Counted from the stretch's first letter, positions 1 through 9,984 are shown. The stretch is DNA of 64,000 bases from Spirochaetia bacterium (GCA_034520965.1 JAXHMY010000001.1:96001-160000); one strand, 5' to 3'. Made by a program: numbers and translations. Notes: generated by a model from the letters alone, not told the origin.

Positions 1-777
1 CTGATTACATCATTATTTTGTAAAGAGAACTCTGAAAAATCTGAAGCTGTTATTATTTCATTTATATACTTATAAGTCCCACACTTCAATCTCCAATCAC
101 CTGTTACTTGTGTAACATCATTTATTACAATATCAACCCAAGAATGCCCTCCCTGTAATTCAGCATTTATACCGTTGGAATCATTAATAAAAGATCTTAT
201 ATTTGCCGCAGCAATGTATTTTGCGTAAAGAGTTATATCAGTTGTTACTGTATCGCTAAAAATCCGACGCTGTGGTCAAGCTGACTTCTTTGAACCAACC
301 TGTAAACCTGAAACCTTCTTTACTAGGTTCAGATGGCGCAGTAATTGTACTTCCTTCCGTCACCCCGGTAATATCTGCAACCGAAGTGCCCCCGTTCGAG
401 TTAAAAGAAACTGTGTATTCTGTAGGCAAACTCCATTTCGCATACAGCGTTAGATCTGTCGTCACCGTGTCATTGCTGAAGTCCCATGCAGTAGTCAAAC
501 CACTGTCTTTATACCAGCCATCAAACACATACCCTGATTTCATCGGCTCAGACGGCGCAGTAATTGTACTGCTTTCCGTCACCCCGGTAATATCTGCAAC
601 AGAAGAACCCCCATTTGACTCGAAATTAACCGTATATTTCGAAGTAGTCTCAGTTTCAGTAGTGGTTTCCTCGGCAAGCTCTGCAATATTGTTCGGATTC
701 GAGCATCCAAAAAATATAAGCGCTGCAAGACCAACTATACTTATGAGCACATAAAATTGACTTGATATTTTCATCAT
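1..777 (-). CDS. Lipoprotein with InlB B-repeat (Flg_new-type) domains; frameshift near 256-262, runs off the window start
   Basis: Lipobox-like FFGC. Two repeats of YTV.F.SNGG.SV...P.EP.K.G..F.GW. After a T-homopolymer slip the frame continues SDTVTTDITLYAKY to position 1. Confidence 0.8.
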
Positions 778-796
778 CCTATTCTCCCCCAATTAT

Positions 797-2398
797 TCAA
801 TAAGTCCACGAAGCAAACGCCCCAATATGAAAGTTGCTCAGAACCTTTTCTGCAAATGTCATTCTATATTCGGCAGTTATGCCTGCCCGTAAGCCCTCGA
901 AAAGGGGCATTGCCTTGTCTACTACTACCCCCGGCGCGATGTGCATGGAAAAATCAGAATAGTCGGAATTTCCGTCACGCTCAATGCTGAGGCTCAGACC
1001 CCCTACAGTCAGCCGGGGAATTACCCTCACATCCCCTATAAAAGGGGTGTCCGGGAAAAAGTCGCCCAGAACGAAACGATAGCCCCCGAACAGCGCAGGC
1101 CCCCATGCATTGAGCTTCAAATCAGGCGATGAAGTACTAAGACCCTCGTAGCGTAACAGCAGGCCCAGCATGACATTACTAAGAGGCGAGCCAAGGTCGA
1201 ATAGCTCCTCGAAACTGCTCATAACACCGAGCGATGCGCCGTAGCCGACGGCACCGCTGTACAGCGACAGGCCCGGTTCAATCAAAAACTCGAGCTGCGG
1301 CAGTCGTCTCTGCGCTTTGGCGGGTTGCTCCTCCTCGGGCTCTTTTTCCTCAGGCTTAGGTTTCTTCTTCTCACCCTCATCGGTCTCAGTAGCCTGTGCG
1401 GTTTTCTCTGTATCCTCTTGCGCCATAGCAACAGAAAGTTGCTCCAGGAGACTCACCACCTTTGGCATAGGCTCGAGGTTCGCCTCCGCAACTGCATCGG
1501 GGCCGATCATTCTCGTGCGGATATCTGCAACATTATCCCCCTGAACGACAATTTCCACTGCGCCAATGTGGCCGCTTCCTCCTGTTCCGGTAAACACGGT
1601 GCCGCCGAGGCGGGATGGCTTCTCATGGAACTGTGCGGCAGAACCCTCTATTACCACATCGATCTGCCCGGAAAGCGTGGTGGCGATTCTCTCCAGTTCT
1701 TTATCGCTGAAATAACCGCTCTCATACAGATCAACGAGGGGTATGTCGGTCACTGCAATTATTAGCTCTGCACCGCTTTGCTCGAGCTTTTTTACCTCAC
1801 GCGCAGCCGTGTGCAGTACATTTTGTAGCTCCAGCCCTGCTTCATTCTTGGAGTTTTGTGAACTCCCGCTGAGTGTCTCTACGACCTCCGGGCTCACCAC
1901 TGCACACACGCCCACTTCGACACCGTTTATTTCAAAGACGGTAGAACTTTGGAATGGTTTTCTGTCGTTATCCATGATATTCGCGCAGATGAATGGGAAA
2001 TTAGTCTTCTCATTGAGCTCGACAAGCGGTTCGATACCATCGGCAAAGTCGTGCACTCCGGGCACGAAAGCATCATACCCTATCTCTTCGAGCAACTGCA
2101 CATAGAGCCCAGCATAATCGCTTCCCAGATCCACTCCTGGCGGGAGCGGCTCGAAGCTACCGGTACCCAGCACCAGCGGAGTACCTTCCCGGTCCACGTA
2201 GTCCACCACCGCAGAGATATCGGCAATACCGAAACCACCTTCGATTTCATCAAGAATCTGCCGTTGCAGGTCGGAGGTGTGTATAACAGCAATAGACTTA
2301 TCGTTCGGCTGCTCTTCTGTTGCTTTAGTTTGCGCATACAGAACGGGCGCGAAGAATACGCTCAAGAATACAACTATGACCAATGATTTTTTTAACAT
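797..2398 (-). CDS. Secreted protein: degenerate 5'-nucleotidase-type metallophosphoesterase domain, charged linker, C-terminal beta-barrel-like domain
   Basis: IHTSD, PGVHDF and FPFICANI motifs. EK-rich linker. Alternating beta strands ending GAFASWTY. Start placed at MLKKSLV. Confidence 0.65.
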   Translation of the reverse strand: MLKKSLVIVVFLSVFFAPVLYAQTKATEEQPNDKSIAVIHTSDLQRQILDEIEGGFGIADISAVVDYVDREGTPLVLGTGSFEPLPPGVDLGSDYAGLYVQLLEEIGYDAFVPGVHDFADGIEPLVELNEKTNFPFICANIMDNDRKPFQSSTVFEINGVEVGVCAVVSPEVVETLSGSSQNSKNEAGLELQNVLHTAAREVKKLEQSGAELIIAVTDIPLVDLYESGYFSDKELERIATTLSGQIDVVIEGSAAQFHEKPSRLGGTVFTGTGGSGHIGAVEIVVQGDNVADIRTRMIGPDAVAEANLEPMPKVVSLLEQLSVAMAQEDTEKTAQATETDEGEKKKPKPEEKEPEEEQPAKAQRRLPQLEFLIEPGLSLYSGAVGYGASLGVMSSFEELFDLGSPLSNVMLGLLLRYEGLSTSSPDLKLNAWGPALFGGYRFVLGDFFPDTPFIGDVRVIPRLTVGGLSLSIERDGNSDYSDFSMHIAPGVVVDKAMPLFEGLRAGITAEYRMTFAEKVLSNFHIGAFASWTY

Positions 2399-2552
2399 AC
2401 ATCCTCGGGGTTTGCGATAAAATTTAGAAATCAAACTAATATCCATTAACTTTATTAACTTTAACAAATACATTTTCCCAAAAGCAATAGGAAGAATTCA
2501 CTTTTTTTTTGGGAATGTTTCCGGCAAAAAACGCAAAACCATCAAAGCATTT

Positions 2553-3161
2553 TTAACTGAAAGCCTCGTCGTCGCTCTTTTTCCTCCAACACCATCTATA
2601 CAGGAGAAACGCGATCAGGACGGCGATACCCTTGTCTATCAGGTTGACGGGAATGCGCGCCCAGAAGGCGGCGGAGAAGAGGCCGCGGCCGATGGAGATG
2701 AAACCGGTCATCATGTAGTCCACCGGATGGTCGGTTATTCCCGAGAAGAAGAACACCGCCACCGCCGAACCGACTAGGGCGTTGACCAGTGAGACAACCA
2801 CCGTCACCAGAAGCACATAAAGGACCCTAAGAAATCTCCCCGTGCGGATGAAAAGCCAGAGCGTAATGGCCGAGGCAAAATTGCAGAACACCCAGAACAT
2901 GTAATCGTCGGCCATAAAAGGAAAAAGATCGGGGGTGAGGTGGGTAACCAAAGCAGTAATGAGGCCCGGGATCAAACCGAACAGGGAAACGGAGACCAGA
3001 GTCCCGATGGTGTCGAGGAAGAGAGGTAGGTGGAAGACGTGGGCGTTCGCGTATCCGAGAAAAGCGTTGAAAACCCCGAGCAGGACGGCAGCGAGTACAA
3101 TTACCACGTAGTAGAGAGGAGATTCGATCCTCCTGCGGCAAAAACCGAACAAGTACCTCAT
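2553..3161 (-). CDS. ECF transporter S-component-like membrane protein
   Basis: LPLFLDTIGT...G..PG and NLIDK motifs; about 6 TM helices. Confidence 0.7.
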   Translation of the reverse strand: MRYLFGFCRRRIESPLYYVVIVLAAVLLGVFNAFLGYANAHVFHLPLFLDTIGTLVSVSLFGLIPGLITALVTHLTPDLFPFMADDYMFWVFCNFASAITLWLFIRTGRFLRVLYVLLVTVVVSLVNALVGSAVAVFFFSGITDHPVDYMMTGFISIGRGLFSAAFWARIPVNLIDKGIAVLIAFLLYRWCWRKKSDDEAFS

Positions 3162-3198
3162 TCACTCCTCTTATAACAGCATTTCTTATCTTTTGCGC

Positions 3199-3882
3199 TT
3201 ATATAATGCCCATTTCTTCTGCAAAAGCCTTGAGCTCAAACACACTCTCAAGCTCTAAGCTTTGCAAAATCGCCTTTCGATAGTTGAGCACTGTTTTCCT
3301 GCTTATGTAGAGCTCCCGCGATATTTGCGGAACATCTTTCCCCACCGCAAATAAAAGAAAAACTTCTTTCTCCCTTTCCGACAGGCAGTTGTAAGCGTCG
3401 TTTTGCACGAGCCCCCGGGCGTTCGGTACCGAACGCACCCACTCAACCAGGGCATCCGTTGCCAATGGCCCAAAATAGTGATGCCCACGGCAGACAGTCC
3501 GCGCGGCCTGCCGAATTATCTCAGCCGAGGAGTCTTTTGCCACGTAGCCCATAGCCCCCAGGCTCACCGCCTTTACAATATAATTCGGCTTCAGAAACAT
3601 GCTCACAAAGAGCACCGCCGGCCGCTCTCTATTCAATTCATTTTCCTCCCGCGTGGTAGGCACACAAGCAAATACATCGAAACCGCTGCTTTCTGGGAGA
3701 TTTACGTCCATCAGGATCAACTGGGGCAGCTGTTTTTCCACAAGTTTACGGAGCTCGGCTACCGTTTCAGCTTCACCTGCGCAATAAAACTCTTCCGCCG
3801 CTTCCAAAACGGTGCGAAGCCCTGTACGCATCGAGGGGTGATCATCGACAACAATAAAAGGAATCTTCTTTTCGTCACTCAC
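3199..3882 (-). CDS. NarL/LuxR-family response regulator
   Basis: VVDDHP and LMDVNLP receiver motifs; LSEREKEV...ISRKTV HTH. Confidence 0.92.
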   Translation of the reverse strand: MSDEKKIPFIVVDDHPSMRTGLRTVLEAAEEFYCAGEAETVAELRKLVEKQLPQLILMDVNLPESSGFDVFACVPTTREENELNRERPAVLFVSMFLKPNYIVKAVSLGAMGYVAKDSSAEIIRQAARTVCRGHHYFGPLATDALVEWVRSVPNARGLVQNDAYNCLSEREKEVFLLFAVGKDVPQISRELYISRKTVLNYRKAILQSLELESVFELKAFAEEMGII

Positions 3883-5128
3883 TTTTTCTCTCCAGTACAA
3901 CAGTAATTCGGGTGCCTTTACCAGATCCGCTTTCTATGTGAAGGCTCGCCCCAATACTCCGCGCTCTCTCTTCCATCCCCAACAAGCCGAGGTGTCTCCC
4001 ATCAAGTTCTTTCGATCGGTGGGGCTGAAACCCCACCCCGTCATCCTCCACAATCAGCCTGAACTGTGGGCGAGCCCATAGCGCCTTTACCTTTACGTGT
4101 GAGGCCTCGGCATATTTCGCCGTATTGTAAAGAGCTTCTTGCAATATGGAAAGCAGCTGCTCCATCTCTCGAAGAGAAAGCGCCGCCCGCGCGACCCCTA
4201 TAACAGAAACGTGTAGTCGGGCTTCCATCATAGCCGCTAATTTGTTGCACAGCATAAGGACATTGTCCTCGAAACTAAGAGATGACGTATCCCACACCGG
4301 TAATCCATCAAGAATACTCCGCAGATTTCGGATCCCCTCGGCAAGGGTCCGTTCCACCTCTTCCAAATTGTTTTGATCACGGCCTTCGCGTAGAAGTTTT
4401 CTTCCCATTTCGAGGTCCTGCAGCACGTGGTCATGGATCACATAGCTTATCTCTTTACGCGCCTCTTCGTACTCGCTAAGCGTCCTCCTGTTGAGAATCC
4501 GCAGGCTCTCTTTTATGGCCGACTCTCTCCTGCGCCTCGTCTCTATATACAACAAGGCCGCCGATAAGAGGAGAATCACCATAATGATAAATATATTGCT
4601 CATCTGAAGAGTAAAGATCTGATGCTGTCCATGCTCATATAGGTAGCTCTCTATTTGGTGTAGATTTGCGACAAGAGTGAGCACCTCATTTGCACTCTCC
4701 TTTCGACTATTGGACCGGTATGTGAGGGGGAGCTCCTGTGTGTTACCGGTTTCAAGACCGTACTTCGCAAGCCTCGCGGTGGTCTGGTTGACCATGGCGC
4801 GAAACTCGGCGTCAGTCTTACACATCTGGGTAATTAGCGGATTGTTCTGGAAGTCATGCAGGAGCTCTACAATTCTTGTATTCTCAGATGAGCTGCCGGG
4901 AGCACTCAGCTGCCCGCCGTTCCCCTCCGAGGTCTCCCCAACCAGAGTCGAGTATTCGAGCAGGAGGATCTCCCTCTCGAGCTCGTGCAACTCCCACTGG
5001 TTATCGAATGCACGCTCTATCATACTGGGGGTAGAGAAGAGAAAGACCAATAACAACACTATAATAAATAATACGAGAAACAAAAGCAGTAGACTATCAT
5101 TTTTTTTCCCTTCACCCTTTTTTGACAT
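3875..5128 (-). CDS. Membrane sensor histidine kinase (HisKA_3/NarX type)
   Basis: Two TM helices; IHDHVLQ H-box; QEALYN, EDDGVGF and GLLGMEER boxes. Confidence 0.9.
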   Translation of the reverse strand: MSKKGEGKKNDSLLLLFLVLFIIVLLLVFLFSTPSMIERAFDNQWELHELEREILLLEYSTLVGETSEGNGGQLSAPGSSSENTRIVELLHDFQNNPLITQMCKTDAEFRAMVNQTTARLAKYGLETGNTQELPLTYRSNSRKESANEVLTLVANLHQIESYLYEHGQHQIFTLQMSNIFIIMVILLLSAALLYIETRRRRESAIKESLRILNRRTLSEYEEARKEISYVIHDHVLQDLEMGRKLLREGRDQNNLEEVERTLAEGIRNLRSILDGLPVWDTSSLSFEDNVLMLCNKLAAMMEARLHVSVIGVARAALSLREMEQLLSILQEALYNTAKYAEASHVKVKALWARPQFRLIVEDDGVGFQPHRSKELDGRHLGLLGMEERARSIGASLHIESGSGKGTRITVVLERKSE

Positions 5129-5197
5129 ACAACATAATCATAATGAAACTTGTCATAGTCCGCAACGGCAAGATTGGCGGGGGTAATTACACAGCAG

Positions 5198-6400
5198 CTA
5201 AGCTTGAAGGGGAATAGATACGCGAAAAAGGCTGCCCCGGTTTTCTTCACTTTCCACTTCGATTGTACCGCGATGGCCCTCTACAATCCGCTTGGTGATG
5301 GCCAGTCCGAGACCGGTACTCTTTTCGCCCGCAGTGGTTTCTACACTGCTTCGAAAGAAAGGTTCAAAGATTCCGGACAGCTCTGCCGCGGGAATTCCCT
5401 GGCCCTCATCCGCAACCTCCATGTATACGCGCAAGCCCCGAATGTAGACCCTCAGGGTGACAGTAGTATCCTGCTGAGAGTACTTCACCGCATTAGACAG
5501 AAGATTGTCTATCACCTGAGTAATTTTCAACCTGTCTATCTTCAGTAGTAAGGATTCAATTTCAATGTCTGTCTGAATATCTATTCGCTTTTTCTTGGCA
5601 TATGGCACATTCATGGCAAGGCTGCGGTTCACAATTTCGAGCAGATCAACCTCCTCCAAATTCAGCTGGAGGGTACTGGACTGATATTTGGACAAGTCGA
5701 GTACATCGGAAACGAGTTCCAACATATGTTCTGATGAATCCTTAATTATCTGTATGAACTCCTGCTGTTCTTTGTTCAGCTCACCAAAATCGCCGCCAAG
5801 CAGCAAAGATGAAAAACTAAAAATCCCCGAGAGCGGGTTGCGCAGGTCGTGGGTGGCCATACCTAAGTACCGATTACGCTCCTCAAGGGTTTCCTTAAGC
5901 CTATGATTTTTCTTGTGCAGGTCCCGCTGCAGATTGGCCAGCTCATTGTTCAAACGCGTAAAATCTTCGAAGAGTTCGGTCTGCGTGACCTTTGGCTCGG
6001 CTGGTTGATCTGCCTGTTCTTTCATTGCACTGCGGATGAGGTTGGTTTGCTCGTTGTTCACCCGCACTACCTCTTCGAAGTAGCTCGCGGCAACTTTCTG
6101 AGACGTGGAAGCCACAATCACAATCTCGTCCTTGTGCATTCCCCCCACAAAAAAGAGCTCTATAACTTCGTTCTTCCCGCGAACGTTGATGCTCCAGTCG
6201 TAGAGTGCCTTCTCTTCGCGGAGCCGGTACATAAACGTAAAAAACTTCTGCAGGCTGCTCTCATCAACAATTGCACTAAGTGAATTATTTACTGGTATTT
6301 CAAGCGCCCCGGTAAGATCGTTGCGCAACACTTGACGTATACGGCCGTGAGGGTCACAGGCGACCGCAAATCCGTTAAAAGCTGACTCTCTACTCTTCAC
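5198..6400 (-). CDS. Soluble sensor histidine kinase (N-terminal PAS-like region, HisKA, HATPase)
   Basis: ATHDLRNPL, NLLSNAVKYS, DEGQGI and GLGLAI motifs; no TM helix. Confidence 0.9.
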   Translation of the reverse strand: MKSRESAFNGFAVACDPHGRIRQVLRNDLTGALEIPVNNSLSAIVDESSLQKFFTFMYRLREEKALYDWSINVRGKNEVIELFFVGGMHKDEIVIVASTSQKVAASYFEEVVRVNNEQTNLIRSAMKEQADQPAEPKVTQTELFEDFTRLNNELANLQRDLHKKNHRLKETLEERNRYLGMATHDLRNPLSGIFSFSSLLLGGDFGELNKEQQEFIQIIKDSSEHMLELVSDVLDLSKYQSSTLQLNLEEVDLLEIVNRSLAMNVPYAKKKRIDIQTDIEIESLLLKIDRLKITQVIDNLLSNAVKYSQQDTTVTLRVYIRGLRVYMEVADEGQGIPAAELSGIFEPFFRSSVETTAGEKSTGLGLAITKRIVEGHRGTIEVESEENRGSLFRVSIPLQA

Positions 6401-6408
6401 CTCTACTG

Positions 6409-7494
6409 TTACCTACGTTTCCCTTCGTTGACGAGGATCCGGGCTGTTTCGATGGCCCCCTGGGCGCTCCGCGCGCTTCCGTCCGCCCCAACCTTCTTCC
6501 ACAGTTCATGATCGAGGTTGAAGGGATACCCACCAACCAGAACCTTTGTCTCTGAGAGTTCAGGACGAGATTTCACCGCTGCAATAATCCTTTTCGCTTC
6601 GTTGATGTGATAAGTAATGGTTACAGAGATGCCCACCACATGTGCTTTCTCTTGCATAGCTGTCTCTATGATAGATTCCAGTGGAGTGTTCGCTCCGAGA
6701 AAGTAGGTGTCCCACCCATCCAACTCGAAAAAGTCGGCTATCATGCGGATTCCGAGTTCGTGGAGCTCATCCCCAACACTCGTACCGACAAATACGAGCC
6801 CATTCTTCTTGTGATTAAAAATATACGGATAAAGCCTGCTCATTACCAGTTGCGTCACCGCTGTACAGTAATGCTCTTGGGCGACATTCACCTCGTTTTG
6901 CTGCCAAAGCCGTCCGATTTCCCATTGGGTCACCTGAAACACATGTTCGTAGATTTCGCGTACATCGGTGCCATTTTCCACCGCATCGAGGACAGTTTTC
7001 ATCGCCCTATCGCGCTCTCGTGCAAGCAAGGCATCGAGATAAGTTCGAGCCAGCTGACCCAACGGCGCTTCGGGAGAAATGTAGGAACGGTTCACATTTG
7101 CAAGGCTTTCGAAGGATTCAACACTTTTTTTTAAAAGTGTGTCAGCTCTTTCGAATTGATTTTTTCCGAAGGTTAATGTGAGTTCGGCGATTGCTTCGCG
7201 CATCGCAATTAGACTGTTGAGAAAGGATTCATTCGAAACCCCAATGGATGCAAACAGATCTTTCACCCACTTTATGTAGGAAAAAAAAAGCTCCTGAGAT
7301 TCCGCTCCCACCGCATCGGCCAGGTACAAGAGATGGTACTCCACATCCTGCCGGCACTTCTGTTTACCCGCTTCCCCCAAGATCTCAGTATAATGGGGAA
7401 ACCGTGTCCAGAGAATGTTGATAACTTTTTCGGCTATATCAGATTGATGTTCGAGTAAAACATCTCTCGCGAGAGTGGCACTGCTATTTTTCAC
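6409..7494 (-). CDS. Globin/phycobiliprotein-like domain fused to a CarH-type cobalamin-binding domain (photocobilin-like sensor)
   Basis: KCRQDVEYHL in the N-domain; W-x9-EH (WQQNEVNVAQEH); ELHELG and VLVGG motifs. GTG start at 7494 assumed because the longer ORF runs into the repeat element. Confidence 0.8.
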   Translation of the reverse strand: MKNSSATLARDVLLEHQSDIAEKVINILWTRFPHYTEILGEAGKQKCRQDVEYHLLYLADAVGAESQELFFSYIKWVKDLFASIGVSNESFLNSLIAMREAIAELTLTFGKNQFERADTLLKKSVESFESLANVNRSYISPEAPLGQLARTYLDALLARERDRAMKTVLDAVENGTDVREIYEHVFQVTQWEIGRLWQQNEVNVAQEHYCTAVTQLVMSRLYPYIFNHKKNGLVFVGTSVGDELHELGIRMIADFFELDGWDTYFLGANTPLESIIETAMQEKAHVVGISVTITYHINEAKRIIAAVKSRPELSETKVLVGGYPFNLDHELWKKVGADGSARSAQGAIETARILVNEGKRR

Positions 7495-7547
7495 ATTAAT
7501 AATATAAATAGGCGGTTCAATGTGTGTCAAGCAGATCATAAATGCCT

Positions 7548-7689
7548 CAGCGATTCTCAATTTGGAAGTCTTCTGACTTCCAAATTGAGAATTCGCATCA
7601 AATTCTTTGCAAATTTTTATATATCTTAACTTTTGGAGGCATTCTCAATTTGGATAGTGTAATTACACTATCCAAATTGAGAATTGCTG
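7548..7689. mobile_element. Double-hairpin MITE-like element, copy 1 (142 bp)
   Basis: CAGCGATTC...GAATTGCTG ends; 9-bp direct repeat TAAATGCCT at 7539-7547 and 7690-7698; palindromes at 7553-7592 and 7641-7684. Confidence 0.88.
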
Positions 7690-7777
7690 TAAATGCCTAT
7701 GAAAGCTTACGATGAGTATAGCACAGCATTGAAAACCGCCTATTCCTACTAAAGGCATTTTTTGTTACAATTGTGTT

Positions 7778-8530
7778 ATGAATACAACATTAACAGATAC
7801 AGCATCAAGAGCAGAGCGAAATAAGGCCTGGGCAGTGCACCTATTTACCGCCGCGGGTGCAATTGCAGGATTAAATGCTCTTATTCATATTTTGCAAGGA
7901 GATGTAACGGGAGTACTCATATGGCTTGTGATTGCCCTCATAATTGACGCTGCAGATGGGCCTCTCGCGCGCCGGTACCGGGTTGATAAAGTTCTGCCCA
8001 ATGTGGACGGCGTAGTCCTCGATCATGTGATCGACTACAGCACCTACGCATTGATTCCTGCAATCTTTCTCTACGAATTCAAGCTGGTACCGCCCGGCTG
8101 GGAGCTGGCGGCCGCAGCAGTGGTAGTGGTAAGCTCGTTGTACTGTTTTGCCAACAAAGGGCTAAAAGCCGAGGACAACTTTTTTACCGGCTTTCCCGCC
8201 GCCTGGAATCTGGTTGTATTAGGTTTTTATCTTCTTGAAACATCCCCTGTGCTAAATCTCGTACTTGTACCGATTATTGCAGCCCTAACCTTTACACCCA
8301 TTAAGGTGATACACCCCTTCCGGGTGCGCGCCTATCGCCCGCTTACAATAACTTTAACCTTCCTGTGGACGGCTTTGGCTGTTTACCTGGTAATCGAGAG
8401 AAAATCCAGTGGAAATCTATTTGAGTATGATCCTCTATTCTTGTGGGCTTTTATCCTGATCTCTGCCTATTTTATCATCATAAGCTTGATCCGCACTTTT
8501 CGGGAAGGCTCTGATAAGTACAGTAATTAG
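7778..8530 (+). CDS. pcs: Phosphatidylcholine synthase (CDP-alcohol phosphatidyltransferase family)
   Basis: AWAVHLFTA, DAADGPLAR...DGVVLDHVIDY, FTGFPAAWN and IHPFRV motifs. Confidence 0.88.
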   Translation: MNTTLTDTASRAERNKAWAVHLFTAAGAIAGLNALIHILQGDVTGVLIWLVIALIIDAADGPLARRYRVDKVLPNVDGVVLDHVIDYSTYALIPAIFLYEFKLVPPGWELAAAAVVVVSSLYCFANKGLKAEDNFFTGFPAAWNLVVLGFYLLETSPVLNLVLVPIIAALTFTPIKVIHPFRVRAYRPLTITLTFLWTALAVYLVIERKSSGNLFEYDPLFLWAFILISAYFIIISLIRTFREGSDKYSN

Positions 8531-8716
8531 GAAAATCGTCTCCACCTACATGTCTGATCCGGTAGACGGCATCGCAGGGCTGGGGATCGCGTTTTCCGAA
8601 AAAATAGCCTTGTGCGCACCTTGCGCCGAGCCGTTAGGCAGTTCTCAGCTCATCTTCACTCTCTATACCTTGCACAAGGACCCTCCCCTCGTGCAAGGAG
8701 CTCGTAGCCGAAAATC

Positions 8717-8755
8717 TTGACGCCACCATTATTATGGTACATACTTATGGTATGT
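8717..8755 (+). promoter_or_regulatory. Promoter and palindromic operator of the vapBC module
   Basis: TTGACG-N17-CATACT; inverted repeat ACATAC-N5-GTATGT overlapping the -10. Confidence 0.55.
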
Positions 8756-8760
8756 CGAAT

Positions 8761-9022
8761 ATGAACAGACGGGCGACTTTCGCTCTTGATGAGGAGACAG
8801 TCCACAGAATAAAAAAACTTGCAGGCCTTATGCATATTTCCCAAGCTGAGGTGGTCCTGTCGGGCAGTTGCGCTGGCTGAAGAGAAAGTCGACGAGACAG
8901 AGGCGGAGAAAATAAAGCGGATAGAAGCATACCATCAAAAAGGAGGAATAGCAGCGGAAAAGGCGGAAGAGTATCTCGCTGAAGTGAGAGTTAACCGTTC
9001 TTTTTGGGGTAGAAACTGGTGA
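8761..9022 (+). CDS. vapB: Ribbon-helix-helix antitoxin (VapB-like), frameshift near 8857
   Basis: MNRRATFALDEETVHRIKKLA...SQAEVV continues as RAVALAEE in another frame; overlaps the PIN gene start. Confidence 0.7.
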
Positions 9023-9393
9023 TTCTTCTTGATACAAACTACCTCATCCGCTTCCTTGTCGAAGGAACTTATGAGGCCGAACGGGTAAAAAGCTGGATAC
9101 AACAGAAAAAAGAGCTTTGCACCTCCTCTATCTGTTGGTACGAATTTTCCTGCGGGCCGGTTGACGAGGAAGCTATTAACCTGGCCGCCTCAATCCTGAA
9201 CGAGCAGATTTTCCCTTTCTCCCCCGCCCAGGCTCGGGAAGCTGCCCGTCTCTTCAACCGTTGCGGCCGCACGCGCTCCTTACGGGTGGACGCAATGGTG
9301 GCCGCTGCAGCTATCATCTCCGAATCGGTTCTAGCGACGGAGAACTCGGAAGATTTCGCTCCCTTTGCTTCCTTTGGGCTGAAGCTGATATAA
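9019..9393 (+). CDS. vapC: PIN-domain toxin VapC
   Basis: ILLDTNYLI, WYEF, DAMVAA and LATENSEDF motifs. Confidence 0.9.
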   Translation: MILLDTNYLIRFLVEGTYEAERVKSWIQQKKELCTSSICWYEFSCGPVDEEAINLAASILNEQIFPFSPAQAREAARLFNRCGRTRSLRVDAMVAAAAIISESVLATENSEDFAPFASFGLKLI

Positions 9394-9519
9394 AGAAAGA
9401 GGAATGGGAAAAACCACTATACCTCGTCACCAGCCCGATAACTCTTAGCTGGGGCTGAGCCCCCAGCAGAAAACCTCTACCTGTTCCGTCAACATCTAGT
9501 AGAATGTTCACATCTTCGT

Positions 9520-9768
9520 TCAACCGGAGTTCTCAAAAGCCAACAAAGTTAAGGTAATAGTTTGATCTTCATAGGTGTAGGCAAGAAGAGTTAACTGCTT
9601 ATTCATATTGAATTTATAAACAAGAACATCTGAAAGATCCCCGGTTTTAGCCTGACCACTATCGGGATCTTTCATAATGGCCTTTACCGCCTTGTCAAGA
9701 TCTGCTTTTTGATTGGCATGCAGTCTTTTATACACCTTTTTAAATGATGGTTTTTGTAAAACGCGCAT
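9520..9768 (-). CDS. RelE/ParE-family toxin, C-terminus possibly truncated
   Basis: FKKVYKRL, DPDSGQAKTGDL and VYKF motifs; downstream of an antitoxin. Confidence 0.8.
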   Translation of the reverse strand: MRVLQKPSFKKVYKRLHANQKADLDKAVKAIMKDPDSGQAKTGDLSDVLVYKFNMNKQLTLLAYTYEDQTITLTLLAFENSG

Positions 9769-9771
9769 GGT

Positions 9772-9984
9772 TTACTCTTGTGAAAAATTGAACGGTTCTG
9801 CCTCTTCCTGCTGTGCAAGAAGAATCTGCTGGATAAAGCTGTAGGGCAGATCCGGGTTTTCTTCTGCAATTTTACCGATACGTGACCAGTATTCAATTTG
9901 TTTGGGAGTTGAGCGGCTATAAACGGCTGCATACCTTTTCGCTTCGTTAATTAAGTCGTCTGAAAGCTTAATTGTCATTGACAC
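9772..9984 (-). CDS. ParD-like antitoxin
   Basis: RSTPKQIEYWSRIGKIAEENPDLPYSFI signature; AGGAGG RBS before GTG at 9984. Confidence 0.85.
   Translation of the reverse strand: MSMTIKLSDDLINEAKRYAAVYSRSTPKQIEYWSRIGKIAEENPDLPYSFIQQILLAQQEEAEPFNFSQE

Noticed and set aside
7548..7689. Rho-independent terminators as the explanation of the palindromes
   Set aside because: Stems are AT-rich with no U-tract, lie between divergent gene starts, and are bounded by target-site duplications.
9394..9460. EKPLYLVTS peptide resembling a transposase fragment, with a similar EKPLYL near 10170
   Set aside because: Too short; no DDE context or terminal repeats.
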